Assembly: GCA_965220725.1 (NCBI GenBank)
Contig: OZ244840.1
Span: 1,869,399 to 1,933,398, forward strand
Direction: 5' to 3'
From: Arenicellales bacterium
GTDB taxonomy: Bacteria > Pseudomonadota > Gammaproteobacteria > Arenicellales > JAJDZL01
Length of the DNA: 64,000 nt
Shown: positions 1-9,452 of the stretch, piece after piece
How positions within the stretch are numbered: the first letter of the stretch is position 1
Layout: every line of letters begins with the position of its first letter
Notes under the pieces: generated by a model
What the model was told of the DNA's origin: nothing
Databases searched by the model: none
What the model saw: the letters and a program-made list of their open reading frames with translations, nothing else
Program-made: the position numbers and the translations under genes

Positions 1-17
1 TATACGAAGGTGGATGT

Positions 18-185
18 CTACTGTTTTACTTGCTTGCTTTTTTGTTCTGCTTCTTCTCGGGCCTTGCGGACTTCTATGGCATAAAGCCTATCTAACTCGT
101 CTGTTACAACTTTAAGTTCCTCCGATGCTTGTCGGTAGGCCTCTTGAAGTGGATCGGAGTAGTCAATGATCCTTTTTTCACCCAT
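18..185 (-). CDS. small hypothetical helical protein (55 aa), paralog of 460..744
   Basis: Manual translation MGEKRIIDYSDPLQEAYRQASEELKVVTDELDRLYAIEVRKAREEAEQKSKQVKQ*. GAAGGT precedes the ATG. N-terminus is nearly identical to the neighbouring ORF. Below the ORF-track size cut-off. Confidence 0.75.
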   Translation of the reverse strand: MGEKRIIDYSDPLQEAYRQASEELKVVTDELDRLYAIEVRKAREEAEQKSKQVKQ

Positions 186-459
186 ATCTGCCACCTTCCA
201 GATTTACTGATTTTCTACGATGATTATAGACGGAACAGAGCCACAGGGCAGGTGCTGGTTCACAGGAATTTAGAAGGTAACTGGTGAATCTTGGCGAACA
301 TTGACATCGGATCATGTATCTTGTTCTCGAAAACTAAAGACTTTCTGCCGTCATGAGTAAACTTGAAGTCAAATTATCCGCTGAACATTTCAATCCAACA
401 ATTTATTCGATTGAAATTGGATAATCTGAGACTTGATCATTTGCTGGCGCGAGGATTAC

Positions 460-744
460 CTATTGGTTATCTGATTCTTCCTTTTGTCTCTGTGCTTCTT
501 TCTTGGCTTTAGCGATTCTTTTTCGATAAAGTCGGTTCAATTCGTCGGTTACCGGTCGGAGTTCTTCCGATGCTTGTTGATAGGCTTGATTAAGAGGACT
601 CGTTTCATCAGGAACCCAACCTTTGGCGATTCTTTCTCTGTAGAGCCGATTTAGTTCGTCAGTTACGACTTGAAGTTCTTCGCATGCTTGCCGATAGGCT
701 TCTTGAAGTGGATTCGAGTAATCAATAATCCTTTTCTCACCCAT
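460..744 (-). CDS. small hypothetical helical protein with an internal duplication (94 aa)
   Basis: Strong RBS AGGAGG before ATG 744 (MGEKRIIDYS). Two copies of PLxxAYxQAxEELxxVTDELNRLYRxRIAK. Confidence 0.8.
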   Translation of the reverse strand: MGEKRIIDYSNPLQEAYRQACEELQVVTDELNRLYRERIAKGWVPDETSPLNQAYQQASEELRPVTDELNRLYRKRIAKAKKEAQRQKEESDNQ

Positions 745-1281
745 ATCAATAACCTCCTGATTAATCAATTCCCTACTGTGATTATAGACGTAACATGACC
801 ACAGTGTGTTGTGACGGTGCTGGTAATTGGAAGTTGGTCGGTGAATTTTGGCAGCAAATTGATATTGGGTCTTTCATCTCGTTATCAAAATCATTCCAAC
901 ATCCAAACGATGATTCTCCGCTCTGGCAGAGAGGGAATCGTTTGCTGACAGTAATCGAGATTTTTCCCAACACTACGGTGTGGATCAATATGGTAAGACA
1001 AGGGTAAGTTAGGGAACTGCAAGCATACTGATGATTTACCTGCTACTGTGACCGGCATTGCTCTTTCTTTGGTTGCAATCAGCGTTTCCATCTTCGCAAA
1101 TACAGACACTGTCTGCTAGCGGATATGTGTTACGAGATAGTTTTTCCATTCCGATGGAGGGAAAAACGGTTCTATTGAACGCAATATAATCAAATAAAGC
1201 ACAGGCGAAGAGAAATATTTTGCACGCTCTTGCAACTGGTCCAATCGATTTTCACACCGTTAACCCAACAGCCACAGCTGA

Positions 1282-2439
1282 ATGAAAATTATGGTACGCG
1301 CACCTGTCAATCCAACTCTGGTTAGCTGGGCATTGGACAGAGCCGATGTTAACCGTGAAAAATTTATTGTCAGATTTCCCAAAATTTTGGATTGGGAAGA
1401 GGGCGTGACCCAACCCACGCTCAAGCAATTGAGGTTGTTTGCGCGCGCTGTTCATGTTCCTATAGGCTATCTGTTTTTACCAGAACCGCCACAGGAAACC
1501 GTACCGATTCCTGACTTTCGTACGGTTGGAAATCAAGCAGTGACTCGCCCGAGCCCAAACCTGTTGGATACTGTCTACGCATGCCAAGCGCGACAGAGTT
1601 GGTATCGTGAATATGCCGAGTTGGAGAAACAACCCGCACTGAGTTTTGTTGGTAGTTTGACGACCGACGTGCCTCCAGATGTTGCAGCAAGCAAGATATG
1701 TGAATTTGTTGGCTTTACCCTTGAAGCACGTAGTTCATGCTCAAACTGGGAAGATTCTCTGCGCTTGTTTGTACGGCAGGCTGATGCCGCTGGTGTTCTT
1801 GTAATGGTAAACGGTGTTGTGGGCAACAATACTCACCGACGCCTAAACCCTGAGGAATTTCGTGGCTTCGCTCTGTCTGACGAATTGGCACCACTGATAT
1901 TTGTCAATGGTGCCGATGCCAAAGCCGCGCAGATTTTCACTCTTGCCCACGAACTAGCCCATCTCTGGCTCGGCGACTCAGCGCTTTCCAGTATAGGAGC
2001 ATTTCCGCAGTCTTGCACCCGGCAACAAGAGATCTGGTGTAACGCTGTCGCAGCTGAAATGTTGGTGCCTCTTTCCAGTATTCAACTGGAACTGAAAGAC
2101 GAGGAACCCTTGTCTGAAACCCTGCAGCGCTTGGGTAATATCTACAAGGTTAGTTCACTCGTAATACTTCGTCGCCTCCTTGATGTTGGCTATGTCGACC
2201 GAACCATTTTCGACAAGGAATGGAAAACACGATTAGCGAATCTCCAATCCAGAGCACGTAGCGATGGCACAGGAGGTGGTGATTTTTATAAAACGGTGTT
2301 TGTTCGGTCAAGTAACCGATTTACACGAGCCCTTGTGGCAAGCACACTAGAGGGCTATACGCTACATCGTGATGCTTTCCGGATGCTTGGCATTTCAAAA
2401 ACCAGAACATTCCACATGATTGCGAACGAGTTGGAATAA
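1282..2439 (+). CDS. ImmA/IrrE family metallopeptidase with N-terminal XRE-like HTH
   Basis: WEEGVTQPTLKQL HTH segment, EFRGFAL, and the HExxH motif FTLAHELAHLW. Confidence 0.9.
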   Translation: MKIMVRAPVNPTLVSWALDRADVNREKFIVRFPKILDWEEGVTQPTLKQLRLFARAVHVPIGYLFLPEPPQETVPIPDFRTVGNQAVTRPSPNLLDTVYACQARQSWYREYAELEKQPALSFVGSLTTDVPPDVAASKICEFVGFTLEARSSCSNWEDSLRLFVRQADAAGVLVMVNGVVGNNTHRRLNPEEFRGFALSDELAPLIFVNGADAKAAQIFTLAHELAHLWLGDSALSSIGAFPQSCTRQQEIWCNAVAAEMLVPLSSIQLELKDEEPLSETLQRLGNIYKVSSLVILRRLLDVGYVDRTIFDKEWKTRLANLQSRARSDGTGGGDFYKTVFVRSSNRFTRALVASTLEGYTLHRDAFRMLGISKTRTFHMIANELE

Positions 2440-2534
2440 TTTGTAGATCAGCAGATATTCAATAGTTGATAGTCAGAATTACTGTCGTATACTTGTTGCG
2501 TCAATTTCATTCACCAAATCAATTCACTATCCCT

Positions 2535-3464
2535 GTGCAATATTTTCCAGTCATTGACTTGTCCGGCCTGAATGGGCGCGACTCGAATTCGAATCTCTCC
2601 ATTGGCGAGCAGATTTGCGACGCCGCGCATTCCTACGGCTTTTTCTACGTGAAAAACCACGGTGTTTCAGAAGAGTTGCTCGAGTCTGTTTTTGATACGG
2701 CGCAGAAGTTTTTCTCACTGCCCGTGCATGAGAAGTCGGAAGTCACGATTTCGAAATTTCATCGCGGATTTCTGGGAATCGGCGCATCAACCATGGAAGG
2801 GTACAGCGAAGCTGACCGCAAGGAGAGCTACATCTGGGGATTGGATGTTGAGCCGGACGAATCACACACGCAAGACGCCAAGAAACTGTTGGCTGAGAAT
2901 CGCTGGCCCAACTCCATGCCGGAGATGCCGGCTGTGCTGAATGAATATTTCCATTCAGTTCACAATTGCGCTTTTCGGATACTGGAAGCCGCTGCGGAAT
3001 TTCTCGGGCAGGACCGAGACTTCTTTTCCAGGAATTTCAATCGACCCACGTCGAGAGGATCCATGATTTATTATCCACCGGATTCAGAGTCCAAAGGTGA
3101 GTACGGAGTCTCGCCACATACGGATTTCGGGTGTCTTTCGATACTGGCACAACGCAGTTCAGGACTGCGGGTCAAGTCGAAAGACGGTGAGTGGCATCGC
3201 GCAGACCCGATTTCAGGAACCTTTGTCGTCAATGTTGGAGATCTTCTCTCGCGATGGACGAATGACAGATTCAGTTCGGTGTCGCACTGTGTCGTAAACG
3301 AAAACACAGATGCCCGGTATTCGGTGGTGGTTTTCGTCGATCCGGATACCCAGACAGTGATTGACCCTATACTCACGCAGGGTGAGACTGCAAACTATGA
3401 GCCGATAGACTGCGACACCTACATTACGCGTCGGTTTGATCGATCGTTCGCCTATCGGAACTGA
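2535..3464 (+). CDS. 2OG-Fe(II) oxygenase, isopenicillin N synthase family
   Basis: PVIDLS, GFFYVKNHGV, HTD...H facial triad, RYS motif. GTG start at 2535 preferred over TTG 2466. Confidence 0.9.
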   Translation: MQYFPVIDLSGLNGRDSNSNLSIGEQICDAAHSYGFFYVKNHGVSEELLESVFDTAQKFFSLPVHEKSEVTISKFHRGFLGIGASTMEGYSEADRKESYIWGLDVEPDESHTQDAKKLLAENRWPNSMPEMPAVLNEYFHSVHNCAFRILEAAAEFLGQDRDFFSRNFNRPTSRGSMIYYPPDSESKGEYGVSPHTDFGCLSILAQRSSGLRVKSKDGEWHRADPISGTFVVNVGDLLSRWTNDRFSSVSHCVVNENTDARYSVVVFVDPDTQTVIDPILTQGETANYEPIDCDTYITRRFDRSFAYRN

Positions 3465-3492
3465 TTCTCAGCATTTTCGAGAAGTGCCAGAT

Positions 3493-4062
3493 ATGAGTGC
3501 CTGGATTCGAATGATTTCCGATGCGGAAGCCGCCGGAAAGACCAAACAGGCTCTGGATGCTGCCAGGACACCGCACGGGACCGTTGACAACGTTCTACGA
3601 GTCCATGGTTTGCGGCCTCACACCATGCATGGGCATATCACGCTTTATCGAAGCGTGTTGCATCATGAGGACAATTCGATTCCGCTTTGGTTTTTAGAGA
3701 CAGCCGGTACCTATACCAGCATACTGAACAACTGTGCGTACAGTGTCACCCATCATAGTCTGAACCTCCGGCGCCTCATTGCGGATGATGACCGATCCAA
3801 GGTCGTGCTTGACGCACTCAATGACCGACAGCCGCAACGGGCGTTCGACGGAAAGGAGTTGGCGATGCTTGAATACGTCGAGAAATTGACGCTGCATGTG
3901 GGAGAATTAACCAAGGATGATTTCGATCCCCTGATCGACGCTGGATGTGAGGACGCTGAAATTCTGGAATTGAATCAGGTTGTAGGGTATTTCTGTTATG
4001 TGAACCGACTGCTCAATGGATTGGGTGTGACAACCGAAGGAGACGTAATCGGATATTACTGA
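3493..4062 (+). CDS. AhpD/carboxymuconolactone decarboxylase-like peroxidase-related protein
   Basis: NNCAYSVTHH and EILELNQVVGYFCYVNR motifs; ATG at 3493. Confidence 0.8.
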   Translation: MSAWIRMISDAEAAGKTKQALDAARTPHGTVDNVLRVHGLRPHTMHGHITLYRSVLHHEDNSIPLWFLETAGTYTSILNNCAYSVTHHSLNLRRLIADDDRSKVVLDALNDRQPQRAFDGKELAMLEYVEKLTLHVGELTKDDFDPLIDAGCEDAEILELNQVVGYFCYVNRLLNGLGVTTEGDVIGYY

Positions 4063-4115
4063 TTCTCAAGAATTCGAAGCTTTCATCGACGAAACCACCA
4101 CAGAAACCCAGACTG

Positions 4116-5051
4116 ATGGACGCCGACATCCAACTGAGCAAACGCTATCGAGACCCACATCCATATCCTGCGGGTGTTGCGTTTCAGGATGAGCAGTACA
4201 TTCCCGTATCCGAAGCAAAGATCTCCGTCTTGGACTATGGGTTTCTCCACTCTGATGCCACTTACGACACCGTTCATGTCTGGCAGGGCGCGTTTTTCCG
4301 ACTTGACCTGCATCTTGACCGTTTCTTTGCGAGTATGGAAAAGCTCCATCTGAGCATCCCTTATTCCCGTGAGAATCTGATCGAGATTCTCACCAACTGC
4401 GTGGCGTTGTCTGGATTGAGGAATGCCTACGTGGAAATGGTCTGCACGAGAGGAGCGTCACCGACATTCAGCAGAGATCCGAGAGATGCCGTCAACCGAT
4501 TCCTGGCCTTTGCGATTCCTCTCGGCTTCATCGCCAACCCTGAACAGATGGAACGGGGTCTGCATGTTGCCATCAGTGACATAGTGCGGATTCCGACCCA
4601 GTCTGTTGATTCTTCAATCAAGAACTATCACTGGATTGATCTCGTGCTCGGACTCATGGATGGATATGCCAAGGCTGGAGAAACTGTGCTGTTGGTCGAT
4701 ATGAATGGAAACATCACCGAGGGGCCGGGTTTTAACGTTTTTGTTGTGAACAATGGCAGACTGGTCACACCGCGAACAGGTGTTTTGCCAGGGATCACTC
4801 GCCGAACCGTATTTGATTTGAGCGAGGAACTCGGTCTTATGGTAGTTGAAAGTGATGTCTCAAGGGAGACCTTGCTGGGTTCGGATGAGGTATTCATCAC
4901 ATCAACCGCAGGTGGGATCATGCCGGTTACCCGTGTCGATGGTGGTTCGGTTGGGACTGGAAAGGTCGGACCGATTACCAGGCAGATTTCAGATTTGTAT
5001 TGGGAAAAGCACCAGCATCCGGATTGGAGACTATCGATCGAATACAACTGA
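4116..5051 (+). CDS. fold-type IV PLP aminotransferase, (R)-amine transaminase-like
   Basis: GFLHSDATYD, AYVEMVCTRG, IKNYHWIDL (catalytic Lys), EGPGFNVF, LPGITR, TSTAGG. Confidence 0.85.
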   Translation: MDADIQLSKRYRDPHPYPAGVAFQDEQYIPVSEAKISVLDYGFLHSDATYDTVHVWQGAFFRLDLHLDRFFASMEKLHLSIPYSRENLIEILTNCVALSGLRNAYVEMVCTRGASPTFSRDPRDAVNRFLAFAIPLGFIANPEQMERGLHVAISDIVRIPTQSVDSSIKNYHWIDLVLGLMDGYAKAGETVLLVDMNGNITEGPGFNVFVVNNGRLVTPRTGVLPGITRRTVFDLSEELGLMVVESDVSRETLLGSDEVFITSTAGGIMPVTRVDGGSVGTGKVGPITRQISDLYWEKHQHPDWRLSIEYN

Positions 5052-5162
5052 CCCTCCCGATTATTGTCGGATGGCGAAGGCCAAGTCGGCAGCAAGTTTT
5101 TCTGGTGTCACAAGTTTTGACTCCATTTTCTCTGTAGCTGGCAAGCGCGCTGATTGACGAAA

Positions 5163-5789
5163 TTACCTGCTCTTGTTATCCAATTCGTCTAGCATTTCCA
5201 TCAATTCTTCTATCGTCTCGTCTCCGGGCCATTTGCCCACAATAGTCTCTGGGTTGAATTTTGCTGCCTTATTTTGTGGGGCTATAGATTCGCGCAATCG
5301 CTGATGTGCTCGGTCAATGACTTCGAAATCCAATTCTATTGGGCGACCTTTTCCTTCTAATGGATGAATCGTCAAATTAATGGTTGGTTGATTCACAACT
5401 CTTTTGAAGGACGCGATGGCTTGAACTACTGATTCATCAATACGATTTCCAGGGGGATAACTCTGTTGGATTTCATGTACAGCCAGGGACATAATGTCCA
5501 GTGCAGTATCGTCAAATTCAGGTTTGATCAACCAGAAATCCTGGTGTTGAAATTCGTAAACTGCTTCACGTAGTGTGGGGGCTGAGATTTCGATTTCAGT
5601 AGAATCTTGAGATATTCCTACAACAGTGAAATTGGTTGAATCACTTAACCACTTGGGTTTGCGACCCTTGCGTGCACCGTGCCCGGTAACGAGTACACGA
5701 ATTGACGTTTCCGCGAAATTTACTAATGAGTCCAGTAGAAGTTGGAGAGGGCTGACTCCGAATTGCCCATTTTCATTGAGCCTGGTCAA
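5163..5789 (-). CDS. hypothetical protein, internally shortened paralog of 5827..6800
   Basis: Shares QQ/HQDFWLI, DTALDI, ESVxQAIASFKR and the C-terminal WPGDETxEELM with its neighbour. Lacks about 100 central residues. True start unclear. Confidence 0.6.
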   Translation of the reverse strand: MTRLNENGQFGVSPLQLLLDSLVNFAETSIRVLVTGHGARKGRKPKWLSDSTNFTVVGISQDSTEIEISAPTLREAVYEFQHQDFWLIKPEFDDTALDIMSLAVHEIQQSYPPGNRIDESVVQAIASFKRVVNQPTINLTIHPLEGKGRPIELDFEVIDRAHQRLRESIAPQNKAAKFNPETIVGKWPGDETIEELMEMLDELDNKSR

Positions 5790-5826
5790 TTGAATTTTGT
5801 AGTGTCGTGCTTTTGCTGGACTATAC

Positions 5827-6800
5827 CTAAACTTTGGACTTTTCTGAGGGTTTCGTCGAGGATTTAGGATTATTCATTTCATTCAGCATTTGCATCAGTT
5901 CTTCAAATGTCTCGTCACCGGGCCAATTACCCCACAGTGTCATTGGATTGAACTTTGCTGCTTTGATCAATTCTTCCCAATCCCCCGTTTCATCTGTGGG
6001 TAGTTTTTCGAACAGAACATCAGTATTGGAAGCCTTACAGATTCGATTGGCTTCGATTATGCGAGGCTGACCATCCGCTTTGAAATATACAATTCCCGAA
6101 ACGGTAGTGCGTTTACCCCATAACGGTCTCAGAGATTCGACATCCAGTTGCTTGGAGTTCATGCTTCCCAACAGTGTTTGTTGATCACCAACCAACAAAC
6201 GAAACTTTTTGTACTTGTGTTCGATGCGGTCTAATATCCCTGAGACTAGATGTGCTTGCGCGGCTGCGAAATTTTGCAATCGCTGATGTGCTCGGTTAAT
6301 GACTTCGAAGTCCAATTCTATGAGGCGACATTTTTCTTCCAATTGATGAATCGTCAATTTAATGATTGGTTGCTTCACAAACCTCTTGAAAGACGCGATG
6401 GCTTGAAGTACTGATTCATCGAATCGTTCTCCAGAAGAGCCTTCCGAGCAAATGTCGTCAACCGCCAAAGATAATATATCCAAAGCCGTATGATCCAAGT
6501 CAGGTTCAATCAGCCAGAAATCCTGCTGGCGAAACAAGTCGTTGTCAATCCCGCGCAGGGCGGGTGCTGTGACTTCTATTTCTGTCGCAGTTAGTTCTGT
6601 AATCGTGAAGTCCGTCAAGTCATTCAGCCACTTCGGATCATAACCTCTTCGAACTCCCCGTCCTGTTGCGAGTAGACGCAACGACCGCTTTGCAGAGTTG
6701 ACTAATGCGTCGAGTATGAGTCGTAGCGAATCGATACTGATTTGACCGTTACTTTCAGTAATCCCGGTCAGTCTGATTTTGTAGTATCGGGTTTCTAGTT
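5827..6800 (-). CDS. hypothetical protein (C-terminal WPGDETFEEL motif); start codon uncertain
   Basis: Frame stays open upstream of TTG 6681 and encodes ETRYYKIRLTGITESNGQISIDSLRLILDAL, which matches the paralog. No ATG/GTG/TTG in that stretch. Confidence 0.65.
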
Positions 6801-6867
6801 TTCTATTCCTCGTTCGAAAAAAGGATGATTTGTGAAGGACTGTCCTAAAAGGAGTGGTATCGGTAAG

Positions 6868-8094
6868 TTACCAATCTTCCAGGGGATAGGACGTCAGTTT
6901 TCTGCATCCAGTCTCTGTAATCAAAACCTGCTCTTCGAGTTTGACACCTTCGCCACCGTGAACCGAACCGATATAGGATTCAACACTGAGCGTCATACCG
7001 GGTTGAAATATCCCGTCAAATTCGTTCTCCTCAAAATCAAAAATATACTTGATAGCCGGGTACTCGTCAGACAATCCTGTGCCATGAATGGTTACGCCAT
7101 AGCGCCCCTTCTTGAACTCATCCGGCATCGGCCAGGCCTTTTGGGCAAACTCGTGGAAGCTCAGACCGGGTTTGAGCAAGTCGATGTTGAAGTGAATCTG
7201 TTCGTTGGAGAGTTGGTATAACCGTGCCTGTGCCGCTGTGGGTTTGACCTCACCACAAATCCAAGACCTCGACATATCGCAAATGTAGCCATAAGGTCCG
7301 ATCATGTCGGTATCAAAACTGACCATGTCTCCTTTTTCAATTGGTCTCATGGAGCATTCATGAAACCAGGGGTTGGTTCTCGGCCCGGATGCAAGCAACC
7401 GGGTTTCAATCCATTCACCCCCCAGGGCGATATTGGTTTCATGCAGTTTCGCCCATAGTGCGTTCTCTGTGATCCCTGGCTCCATCAGATGACGCATATT
7501 GGCGATGGCGGTCTCGCCGACATGAATCGAATGCTCGATCAGCGCGATTTCTGCCTCAGACTTCAAGGAGCGGGCGAGTTCCATCAGCCCCTGGCCCTCA
7601 ACCAGTTCCAATCCTGCGTCCTCAAGTGTCCGCGTCGCCAGCAGTCCGCAACGGTCAACCGCAATTCGACGATTTTGCCCAGCGCTGGAATGGACCACAT
7701 CACGAACTTCACTGACAAACTTTTTCGCATTATCCGAGCAGCTTCCACCGCCCCAAAAGAAGTAAAACGGTGGCATGGCCCGGTAATCATCAATGGTGGG
7801 CAATCCTTCGACCAGAAACGGCCAGTCGCCAAAATCCCACAACACAACCGGTCCTTCGGTTGCAACGAAAGCAGACCGGCCCTCGTAGCGCGAGCAGAAA
7901 ATCTGCATGTTGGTGGCATCGGTGGCGTAGCGGATGTTCAGAGGATCGAACAGCAAAGCGCCTGCCAAGTCCCTTTCACGCAATTGCTGGCGTACCCGGT
8001 TGAGCCGGTACATCCGCACTGCATCAAGATCAACCGGTGGTTCGGTGAACTCCATTGCACCGTGTTGGTGGCCCTTGTCTTCGTTCATTTGCAA
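6868..8094 (-). CDS. M24 metallopeptidase-fold protein, DddP (DMSP lyase)-like
   Basis: LFDPLNIRYATDATNMQ, EWIETRLLASGPRTNPWF, FDTD, DMSR, HGTGLSDEYP, VE and KLEEQVLITETG. Confidence 0.75.
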   Translation of the reverse strand: MQMNEDKGHQHGAMEFTEPPVDLDAVRMYRLNRVRQQLRERDLAGALLFDPLNIRYATDATNMQIFCSRYEGRSAFVATEGPVVLWDFGDWPFLVEGLPTIDDYRAMPPFYFFWGGGSCSDNAKKFVSEVRDVVHSSAGQNRRIAVDRCGLLATRTLEDAGLELVEGQGLMELARSLKSEAEIALIEHSIHVGETAIANMRHLMEPGITENALWAKLHETNIALGGEWIETRLLASGPRTNPWFHECSMRPIEKGDMVSFDTDMIGPYGYICDMSRSWICGEVKPTAAQARLYQLSNEQIHFNIDLLKPGLSFHEFAQKAWPMPDEFKKGRYGVTIHGTGLSDEYPAIKYIFDFEENEFDGIFQPGMTLSVESYIGSVHGGEGVKLEEQVLITETGCRKLTSYPLEDW

Positions 8095-8528
8095 GAATCC
8101 TTCAGGTTGGACGTGCGGCGTTGTCGCTTATGAAAAATCGGAGTGTGGATATCCAGCTGATGCCGTGACCAGGTTCATCATTCAATAAAGATGCTGCGGC
8201 TGGAATCAGAGCTCGAAACTGATCGCGAAAACCTTGACTTGGCAAAATTGATAACACTCGAAGTCTTCCAAAATCCAAATGTTGTACATCAACTAAAATC
8301 AGCGTAATTTTAGTTGTTTGGGAACTCAAATAAAGACTGATTTCAATTCTTATCTTGTAATCGAAATCCCGCTGTTCATACTGCCAGAATCAGGTTCCGG
8401 CGGCTGTTTGTCGGAACTGACCGGTCAGAATCGCATTCAAGTCGATTGGTGCTTGATTTCAGGCATTCAGTTGCTATATTGAGAGTCAGTTACCATCGAA
8501 CAGTTGCGTCAATCCATCGGAACAAGAC

Positions 8529-9419
8529 ATGAGCGAGCAAACAGGCATTCTATCGACACCCGAACCCTACCACATCCACATCGAATACCGGTACGGAGAC
8601 GATCTGGACCGTGCGTATCTAACCGGGATCATTCAATCTGAACTCGAGTCTGCGACCATCCGGAATCGCAAAGTGCTCTTTGGGTTCAGTGACAAATTGT
8701 GGAATGCGCTATCGCAGCAACCGATACCCGGAGACTATCGGCCATTTTCTCAAATCAAGGCAAGCCAGACGACAGTGCCTTCCACCCAGGGTGATCTGTG
8801 GGTGTGGTATCAAGGCGTCTCGCATTCATGGAACCTGGACTCCGCCTTGGTGTTGGACAGCTGTCTGCGAAAATCCGGTGCTGTCCGAATTCATGAGATT
8901 CATGGCTATACACGCCATGAGAACCGCGACTACACGGGGTTCATCGACGGCACTGAGAATCCTGTTGATGACGCCGCGCTGGACGCGGCGCTCATTCCGG
9001 ACGGACAGGGTGGAAGTTTTGCGCTGACCCAGACCTGGGAACACAACCTGAATGCCTTCAATTCGCTGAGTGTTCCAGCCCAGGAGAAGGTGATCGGCCG
9101 GACCAAGTCAGACAGTGTGGAATTGGATGAGGAATCCATGCCCGATGACTCCCATGTCAGCCGAACCGATGCAACGGTTGATGGCGTCAAGCAGAAAATC
9201 GTTCGTCGCAGCGTCCCTTATGGCGATCTGGATACCCGGGGTCTGCATTTCGTCGCGTTCGCGTGCCACCTTGATCGCATACAGGTGCAACTGGAACGGA
9301 TGTACGGCGTCAGTGGCGACGGGTTGCATGATCGTCTTACGGAGTTTTCCACGCCGGTGTCAGGCAGTTATTGGTATGTGCCCGGAATCGGCGCTCTGAG
9401 AAGTCTCAAGGCGACTTGA
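8529..9419 (+). CDS. Dyp-type heme peroxidase
   Basis: GFIDGTENP (GxxDG), SHV proximal His, IVRRSVPYG. Confidence 0.92.
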   Translation: MSEQTGILSTPEPYHIHIEYRYGDDLDRAYLTGIIQSELESATIRNRKVLFGFSDKLWNALSQQPIPGDYRPFSQIKASQTTVPSTQGDLWVWYQGVSHSWNLDSALVLDSCLRKSGAVRIHEIHGYTRHENRDYTGFIDGTENPVDDAALDAALIPDGQGGSFALTQTWEHNLNAFNSLSVPAQEKVIGRTKSDSVELDEESMPDDSHVSRTDATVDGVKQKIVRRSVPYGDLDTRGLHFVAFACHLDRIQVQLERMYGVSGDGLHDRLTEFSTPVSGSYWYVPGIGALRSLKAT

Positions 9420-9452
9420 AGGTAGGCGTGGTTTTCAGTTGCTTTGCGCGGA

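Noticed and set aside
782-1109. Short overlapping ORFs (68-72 aa) as genes
   Set aside because: Mutually conflicting frames with no recognisable motif or RBS; at most a decayed fragment
9380-9419. DyP C-terminus PGIGALRSLK as an encapsulin cargo-loading peptide
   Set aside because: It directly follows the last core strand with no flexible linker, matches GSLGIGSL only weakly, and no encapsulin gene is nearby
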